Assembly: GCA_951406725.2 (NCBI GenBank)
Contig: OX597821.1
Coordinates: 103,230,001-103,294,000, forward strand
DNA from: Octopus vulgaris
Lineage: Eukaryota
DNA: 64,000 nt
Direction: 5' to 3'
Both the position numbers and the translations under genes were made by a program. The notes under the pieces are model-generated. The model had not been told where the DNA came from, did not search any database, and saw only the letters and a program-made list of their open reading frames with translations. Positions 55,987 through 64,000 of this stretch are shown here, in pieces. How positions within the stretch are numbered: the stretch's first letter is position 1; every line of letters begins with the position of its first letter.

Positions 55987-56001
55987 GTGTAAAGAGAGAG
56001 T

Positions 56002-56316
56002 GGAGGAGCATGGCTTAGTGGTTAGGGTATTGAGCTTATGATCGTGTCTTCGATTCTCTGCGACGCGTTGTGTCCTTGAGCAAGACATTCTAATTCACCC
56101 TGCTCCAGTTTACTCAGATGACAAAAATGAGTTGTACCTGTGTTCTAAAGGGCCAGCCTTGTCACATTCTGTATCACGCTGAATCTCCTTGAGAACTAAT
56201 GTTAAGGCTATGCCTGTCTATGGAATCCTCAACCACTTGCACGCTAATCTCATGCGCTGGCTGTACCGTTCATCGGATAAACTAGAACCATCGTCGTCGT
56301 AACCGACGGAGCACCA
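56002..56316 (+). mobile_element. SINE family C copy
   Basis: Homologous to 20647-20972. Confidence 0.85.
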
Positions 56317-56797
56317 ATTTAAACTTATATTTTATGTATAAAGAATTTATCTTAAAAGATATTTTTTGGAACTCTAGATCTCGAAGTAGACAAAGCTATA
56401 AATAATAGTGTAAATATTAGCTTAAAAACCATTTGGACACAAAACATCGAAGGCTGCCTGTGGGACACAGAAGCACCGCTCCTGAAAAACCTTTGCTCTC
56501 AAAACAAAATGTTCTGCAGCTTCTCACCCCGGATCCCACAATAGCACTTCGAAATAACAAGGGGAGGGACTCCCTTTATTGATTGCTCGATCTGCTCGAA
56601 ATGGCAGTCAAACCTCTCTTAAGTCACTCAAAGGATGGATGACAATGCAGTCCCGGATATATATATACGGCCTCGAACACACAAGTGCAAACAAGGGAGA
56701 CAGAGAAAGGCAGAATGCCACTTATATTTGAACACTATACAAATATTCCTTTAAAAAAACTTTTCTTTTAATATTTCTAAATTTAATTATTTAATCG

Positions 56798-56841
56798 TTA
56801 CAGTTGAAAAGGTCTCAAAATGACCGAAACCGGTACTGAAA
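56798..56841 (+). ncRNA. Minimal type-I hammerhead ribozyme, U3-A8 variant
   Basis: ttacag-TTGAAAA-GGTC-tcaaaat-GACC-GAAA-CCGG-TA-ctgaaa. Confidence 0.7.
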
Positions 56842-56883
56842 TGTTCTTTATAAAATTATTTTAGCATTTTCTATTTTGACTTG

Positions 56884-56963
<80 letters not shown>

Positions 56964-57070
56964 TCATAAAAGTATCAAGCTGTTAGTGGCTCTTTCGGTT
57001 GTATATTGTTGATATTTATCTCTCACTGGATGGAGTACACTTTTCTTGATTCTATCTCTACTGGATCTAT

Positions 57071-57111
<41 letters not shown>

Positions 57112-57444
57112 ATATATATATATATAATGATAATAATAATAATGATGATGATGATAATAATATAATAATAATAATAGGGAATATGATTCCAAACTTACAG
57201 GGAAAAATTCAATTTAGTAATACTAAATCAAATTTCACAATATGTAATATATGTATATAAATTAGAGAAGAACCATCATGTAGCAATTCAACAATGATAT
57301 ACTTAAATCATACCATGTAGAAAAAATTAAAGATACGCTAAAACATTTACCTAGAACTAAATTAAGTACGAAATAATAAATAAATTTTATATAATTAGTA
57401 ACGTATTTCGTCTGTCTTTACGTCTTTATATATACACATCCCGT

Positions 57445-57505
<61 letters not shown>

Positions 57506-57992
57506 TATATAGACAGGATGTTTAAGACTGAGTACCTTTAAAGAAAGCTCTATACAGTTAGGGCATAAAATAATTAAATATCTGATTGTGAAAAAATCAA
57601 GATAAATAAAATTAAAGTCCATAAATTTTTAATGCAGTATTACAATATTGTCCCAAAATTTAAACTCATGTCTAGCCATCCATATTTTTAGTCTCGACGT
57701 TATCTTGGGATTGTTAGGATTTTTTAATTAACTTTCAGAGACAATTGACAGAAAAATCTGAATGCGTGAGAAGGTATGCCATGTTGAAGATTTGGAAAAG
57801 AAAATCTGATAAAAAAAAATCGAAATATCTGATTGTGAAAAAATCAAGATAAAAAAATTAGAAGGATAAAGATTTTTAATGCGATATTACAATATTGATA
57901 GGAATTTAAACCATGTCACAGCTATTGTATTGCTTGCTGTTGTTTTGTTTTTGTTCTGCTGTGATTTTGTGACAAATCGATTTAATCTGTAT

Positions 57993-58039
57993 AAATGGTA
58001 TCTGTTTTGTCAGCTTGGCTGACAAAACAGATATCATTT
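57993..58039. repeat. 22-bp stem hairpin with 3-nt loop
   Basis: aaatggtatctgttttgtcagc-ttg-gctgacaaaacagatatcattt; a single G.U position. Confidence 0.9.
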
Positions 58040-58057
58040 CTGCCTCATGGTTGAGAG

Positions 58058-58400
<343 letters not shown>

Positions 58401-58626
58401 TGATGTTTAACAACATGTAAAACACTTCCTTAACCATATGGAAATGTCTTAAATTTTGCAGAGAACATCATATTACTGTGGCATAGGAAATGAAAATTAA
58501 TAACATATAATATAATAAAATAAAATAAATACAATGCAATGCAAAAATATAACAAATACATTACGGGCATCGAAATAACTTTCTACGTATTAAAAAGATG
58601 TTATCTGACACACACACGGAAAAAGT

Positions 58627-58700
<74 letters not shown>

Positions 58701-58780
58701 CCCCATGCAGTCATTGGAATTACTAAAAATAACCATTCTCTCTGAGATGGCACACTACGTCTTAATAAATGTGAGGAAAT

Positions 58781-59362
58781 AAGGCGGCGAGCTGGCAGAA
58801 ACGTTAGCACGCCGGGCGAAATGCTTAGCGGTATACCATCTGCCGTTACGTTCTGAGTTCAAATTCCGCCGAGGTCGACTTTGACTTTCATCCTTTCGGG
58901 GTCGATTAAATAAGTTCCAGTTGCGCACTGGGGTCAATATTATCGACTTAATCCGTTTGTCTGTCCTTGTTTGTCCTCTCTGTGTTTAGCCCATTGTGGG
59001 TAGTAAAGAAATAGGTATTTGGTCTGCCGCTACGTTCTGAGTTCAAATTCCGCTGAGGTTGACTTTACCTTTCCTCCTTTCGGGGTCAATTAAATAAGTA
59101 CCAGCTTCGCGCTGGGGTCGATATAATCGACTTAATCCATTTGTCTGTCCTTGTTTGTCCTCTCTGTGTTTAGCTCATTGTGGGTAGTAAAGAAATAGGT
59201 ATTTCGTCCGTCTTTATGTTCTGAGTTCAAATTCCGCTGAGGTTGACCTTGCCTTTCATCCTTTCGGAATCGATAATTTCAGTACCAGTTGCGTACTGGA
59301 GTTGATCTAATTTACTGTCCCCCTCCCAAAACAATTTCGGGCCTTGTGCTTAGAGTAGAAAA
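58781..59362 (+). mobile_element. Trimeric SINE family A insertion with 18-bp TSD
   Basis: One head followed by three body units (about 184-bp period); TSD taataaatg(t/g)gaggaaat at 58763-58780 and 59363-59380. Confidence 0.88.
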
Positions 59363-60059
59363 TAATAAATGGGAGGAAATATTTGATAATATCGTCCTAA
59401 ATATGTATTTCTGAGCTAAAAGTAGACCTGGTCAGAAATGGCACGTGTTTGGATCAAAACTTATCCGATACACTACAACTAGTTATCATCAAATAACCGA
59501 GGACTGACTGCATTACATTTGTTTTGACACAAGTCTATCAATTCTAAGGGTGGGGAAAGTCAATTACATCGACCTCAGTGCTCAAACGGTACTTATGTTA
59601 TCGACTTCGAAAGGATGTAAGACATAGACGACCACGGGTAATTTGAGCTCAGCGCTCAACGTGCCTGACGAAATACCATTTAACTTTTTTCCAATTGAGT
59701 TAACGATTCTACCACCTCGCCGGTTTTGGACAATTTTAGATTAAATATCTGGTTTTAATCGGTGTATTTTTCTTGAAAAATGGAGCCCGTTCGTTGGATA
59801 TTGTGAATACTTGCTTACTAATCTGAACACACTAAAAACACGAATGCAGAATCAGTATATTCATCTTCTGTTGTTTCTTGTCGTGGTGGGCTCATTTTTA
59901 AATCACTAAGGTTGAGGCTTTGAAACGTAACTTCTATCCTCAATATGACATTGATTATCGTTTTAGAAAGATTTTCTGTTACGCTAAGTTGTTCAAATGA
60001 CTAAAATGAAATATTTTAGATGCTACAGGTGCATTCGAATTTCTGTAAACTTTTAGAAA

Positions 60060-60985
60060 AGTAAAATGCATTTCATTCAGTTGCATTACTTTTCTGAAAT
60101 CTTTCTATCCGACGCCTCTTAGTTCAAATCTTATCGGAGGCATCCTTACTTTTCTTCTTGCGCATGCTCCCTAGAAAACTCTTAGCTGGAACTGAGTGAA
60201 TGTAAAACGTTTCTGTAAGATTCAAGATTTAAAACCAATACATTTCCATGCTGTGGTTTACCGTCTTAGTGAAATCGTGTGGCTTACATTAAGCACAATT
60301 TTGTTACTATATTAGTAACTACACTGAAGAAATTCCGAAAAATACTGGAATTTCTGTAGATATCTTTTTTCATTTCAAAAATATAAAATGTATTATTTTT
60401 AGAATAATTTGTTCTTAGTTCTCTTTTCTTGAGAGGCTTCCAAGTTCAAATCCTATCAAAATCATCCGAAATTTTCCCCTCTCTGTAAGCAGATAAACAA
60501 CTGAATTTGGAATCTAGTCAATGGGAAACACTGCTCGAATGTTGAGGATTTAAAACAAATACACAGCAATGGTATAGATTACTGATTTAGAGAGAATTTG
60601 CGATTTGCGTTAAGCAATATTTTGCGACGACATTATTTACTTTTCCTCAAAAAGCGCTGGAGTTAAATTTCGCTTTAGAAAAACAAAATATTTTATTTTC
60701 TCCATCATACGTTCTTTACTGTTTTCATCTGAGGTTTTTAAGTAGGAATTCTATGAGCAACATACTTACTTTTTATCCTTCTGTAGTCGGACAATGGGAC
60801 TCTCTCAGTATAAAGCACTTCAAGTCTGAGGGTTTAAAACAAGAGGCTGGGACTCTCTCAGTATAAAGCACTTCAAGTCTGAGGGTTTAAAACAAATTCT
60901 TAAGTGATAGATTACATTATCTGAGGTTTCTAACTTGATTTTCTACGAGAATCATCCTTGCTTTTTAGCCCACTGTAGACAAACC
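60060..60985. repeat. Ancient ~300-bp tandem array containing an exact 48-bp duplication
   Basis: Recurrent agttcaaatc.tatc...catcc and gatttaaaac.aatac motifs; exact copies at 60795-60842 and 60848-60895. Confidence 0.6.
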
Positions 60986-61583
60986 GACCAGGAAACTAAT
61001 TTGGTATAAGCTCAGTATGAAACGAAATCAATATATACTAAATTAGACCAGTTATATTGCTCATTTCAGTTTACAGTAATTAATTTAAAACGTTGACGAC
61101 CATCTGTCTATGAAGCTTTGTATAACAAAAGGATTTAATTTGGATTTCGGGAAAATTTTACAATAGGAATTGGATGGAAGTTGACTGTTGATGAGTGTAA
61201 ATTGAAATTTATTGCCTTTCTCCCGATATGATCGAGATACTTAGAATGTCGTTCCTCTTTACTCTGTTGTGGCACTGATGATGCGAGTGATAATGTTACT
61301 GATAGTATACGTTATTACTACAGTGTCACATTGCCTATTGTTCGTTTCAACGAATTCGATGAATGATTCAACAGAAATATTAATTACATTTTAAAGCTAA
61401 TGCCTGCTTCATTATTTGACCATACTGCTGTCCTGGGTCAAGCGCAAACTAAAGTTGGCTTCTCGCCATTTGGCATGCTGCCAAATGCCCACTGCATTTT
61501 AGCAGCGAAACAATATAAGGTTAGTGGACATTATGAGCAACAATAGCCTTGGGACAATTGAGCCTTGTACTTACGTAAGAAGT

Positions 61584-61658
<75 letters not shown>

Positions 61659-62262
61659 CGTTATCATTATTAAGGCGTTGATCTGGAAGAATCTTCATCG
61701 CGCTGGTATTTCTTCAGGTTCTTTTCATTCGGAGCTCAAATCCCTTCATTGTCGACTTTTCATCCTTTCGGATAAAATAAAGGATCAGTGAAGTACAGGG
61801 ATTGATGAAATCGACTAACCCCACCCCACTCTACACCAAAGATTTCAGGCAATGTACCTATAGTAAACAGAATTACTAATTATTCATTATTATTACTGAG
61901 AATTTGCGGAAGTACAGGCGACTGTGGCACAAAATGGTCAGAACGAACGGATTTAGTCGAAGCAGGCAACTGTAGACTGGAGAAGAACAGTAGGAAGGGG
62001 GTTCATGTTTTTGGTAGTCAGAATGATCTTGGATCTGTGGGGTTTGTTGGTTGGCCCTAGTTGGAGTTTCAGAAGGACTGCATCATTTATGCTATCACAT
62101 GCTTTGCATACTATGTCTACTTTTATCTCATTTCCTCGTCTTTTTTTCCATTTCTTTCTTCTCACCGTTCACGTGAATACCCTCATAAATTATTAACAGT
62201 CCTTCTGTTATTCCTCTCACCTATCCTCCTATACTCAATAAAACAAATCTTATCATTGTTAT

Positions 62263-62460
62263 TGGCGAGCTGGCAGAGTCATTGACATTCCGGAGAAAAA
62301 TGCTTGTGGATTTCGTCCGTTATTATGTTCAAATTCCGCTGAGGCCGACCTTAACTCACATCCCTTTCGGGGTCGATAAAATAAGCCGCAGTAGGGCACT
62401 GAAGTCAATGTAATCGACTTGCCACCGCCTCTAAAAATGCTGGTGTTGTGCAAATATTTG
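62263..62460 (+). mobile_element. SINE family A, decayed (a second decayed copy lies at 61672-61870)
   Basis: ggcgagctggcag...gttcaaattccgctgagg...tttcggggtcgataaaataag. Confidence 0.75.
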
Positions 62461-62462
62461 AA

Positions 62463-62555
<93 letters not shown>

Positions 62556-62626
62556 GCTGTTGTTGTTGCTGTTGTTATTGTTGTTGTTGTTATTATTATC
62601 ATCATCATTATTATCATTATTATTAT

Positions 62627-62802
62627 TGCCTTTGCACAGCTTCTGACGCTGGAGATGTACTACAGTGTCAGCTGTTCACTATCAGTGAACGAAGGTAACA
62701 CTTCTTATTTTCCGAGCACCTTTCGGAGAATTCGAGCAGTGCTGTTTTCCACAAGTACTCCACCCTTATTGCAGCCCCTCTATGTTCCACGTACTTCTCG
62801 AG
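62627..62802 (-). mobile_element. Dong/R4-clade non-LTR retrotransposon 3' end
   Basis: Minus strand reads LEKYVEHRGAAIRVEYLWKTALL / ARILRKVLGK*, matching the QKTALLGTARILRKVL terminus of Dong/R4 restriction-like endonucleases, followed by a short UTR and an (AAT)n tail. Confidence 0.85.
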
Positions 62803-62817
62803 ATTATTATTATTATT

Positions 62818-63400
62818 GAGTGAGAGAGCAGTGCATGCCATCAAAGTGACACTGGGGTAAAATATACGAAGCCCAGTATACCCATCATGACTACCCGTCT
62901 GATAAGGGTACACTAGGCACATGCATCACAACCATATGTGCGCGGCATGGTGATCTCATATCAAAATAAACAGCACATGACCTTGCAGGTGGGGCCCACT
63001 TAGAATTTTCTTCAGGTCGAGTAACCCATCCCACTCGAAAGGTCCCTGAATAAGGGTTGTTTAAGGATGTTGAACGAAACACCCATGTTTCCAGAGGTGA
63101 ATTATTCAAACCCCAAAGAATCCCTCTCAACACATGGCTATGATGCTTCCCCACTACTTCTGCTCGTGATCAGAGATGCACATATCGTCAGCCACTAATG
63201 GACATGGTCAACTGGTTAAAGTCAAACAACTGACAAGCAAATCTATGGAATTGAGCAGAATATTTGCTGTAGCCCATCTTTTATACCAAGACAAAACAAT
63301 GTACATGATAACACTTCCAATCAGTCAATGTACATGATAACACTTCCAATCAGTTAAGATCAGAAGCCATGAGAGCCACTGCCTGGTACTGCATCAGGGC

Positions 63401-63402
<2 letters not shown>
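62818..63402 (-). mobile_element. Family D non-coding element embedded in (AAT)n
   Basis: Both flanks are (ATT)n; fragments also at 23088 and 52588; internal 29-bp tandem duplication 63297-63354. Confidence 0.75.
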
Positions 63403-63499
<97 letters not shown>

Positions 63500-64000
63500 G
63501 ATTGTTGTTGTTGTTGTTGTTGTTGTTATTATTATTACTGTTGTTGTTGTTGTTATTGTATGCAGTTTCTTCGGTGGAACGTTGAGTAAGCTTCTGTATA
63601 CTGCGAATCTTTTCAATTTCTACGTAGACGATTCGATAAACGAACTTAAATTTCCCTTCCCTCTGCATAAAAATTAATAATTTATTTACTCTGTTTAAAA
63701 TTATAGAATTCAACATAAGCAGAATTGAAAAGAATTTTACAGTCATAAAATCCTGTTAATCGATGTTGAATATCCACCAAATTAACTGTGAAACTGTGCT
63801 TCCTTCTGTAATAGAAACATACAATGAAAAAATACACAAATCAATAGGTGCCGTTGTGATGTAGCGGTAGGGTAGAACTGAATGTTTATAATATCGATTT
63901 GAGATCATTATTTCTATCCTGGTTACGATCATTAAGTTATAAACTTCTCGAATGTGAATTAGTCAGTCTAAACGAGAAATGAACCCATTTTAAAAACGAT

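Overview
AT-rich eukaryotic intronic or intergenic DNA. The microsatellite density and SINE repertoire closely resemble an octopus (coleoid cephalopod) genome; this is an inference from repeat content. I found no intact host protein-coding gene, and almost all tracked ORFs are translations of (TA)n, (CA)n, (AG)n, (AAT)n or (GATA)n tracts. The window is a mosaic of repeats: at least three tRNA-headed SINE families, a near full-length decayed mariner (48619-50047), two other Tc1/mariner remnants, mariner, piggyBac and hAT-type MITEs, CR1-like LINE 3' fragments, and Dong/R4-clade fragments sitting in (AAT)n/(GAA)n tracts. The most notable signal is a set of short elements, mostly embedded in (TA)n, carrying minimal type-I hammerhead-ribozyme motifs of the Penelope/retrozyme kind. 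Two unrelated copies (44002-44041 and 56798-56841) are structurally complete and share a compensatory U3-A8 core. There are also several long palindromes (6185-6305, 10294-10433, 48372-48533, 57993-58039), a trimeric SINE inside one 18-bp TSD, a LINE/SINE shared 3' tail, and weak promoter/exon candidates at 40.2-42.8 kb. All alignments and folds were done by eye.
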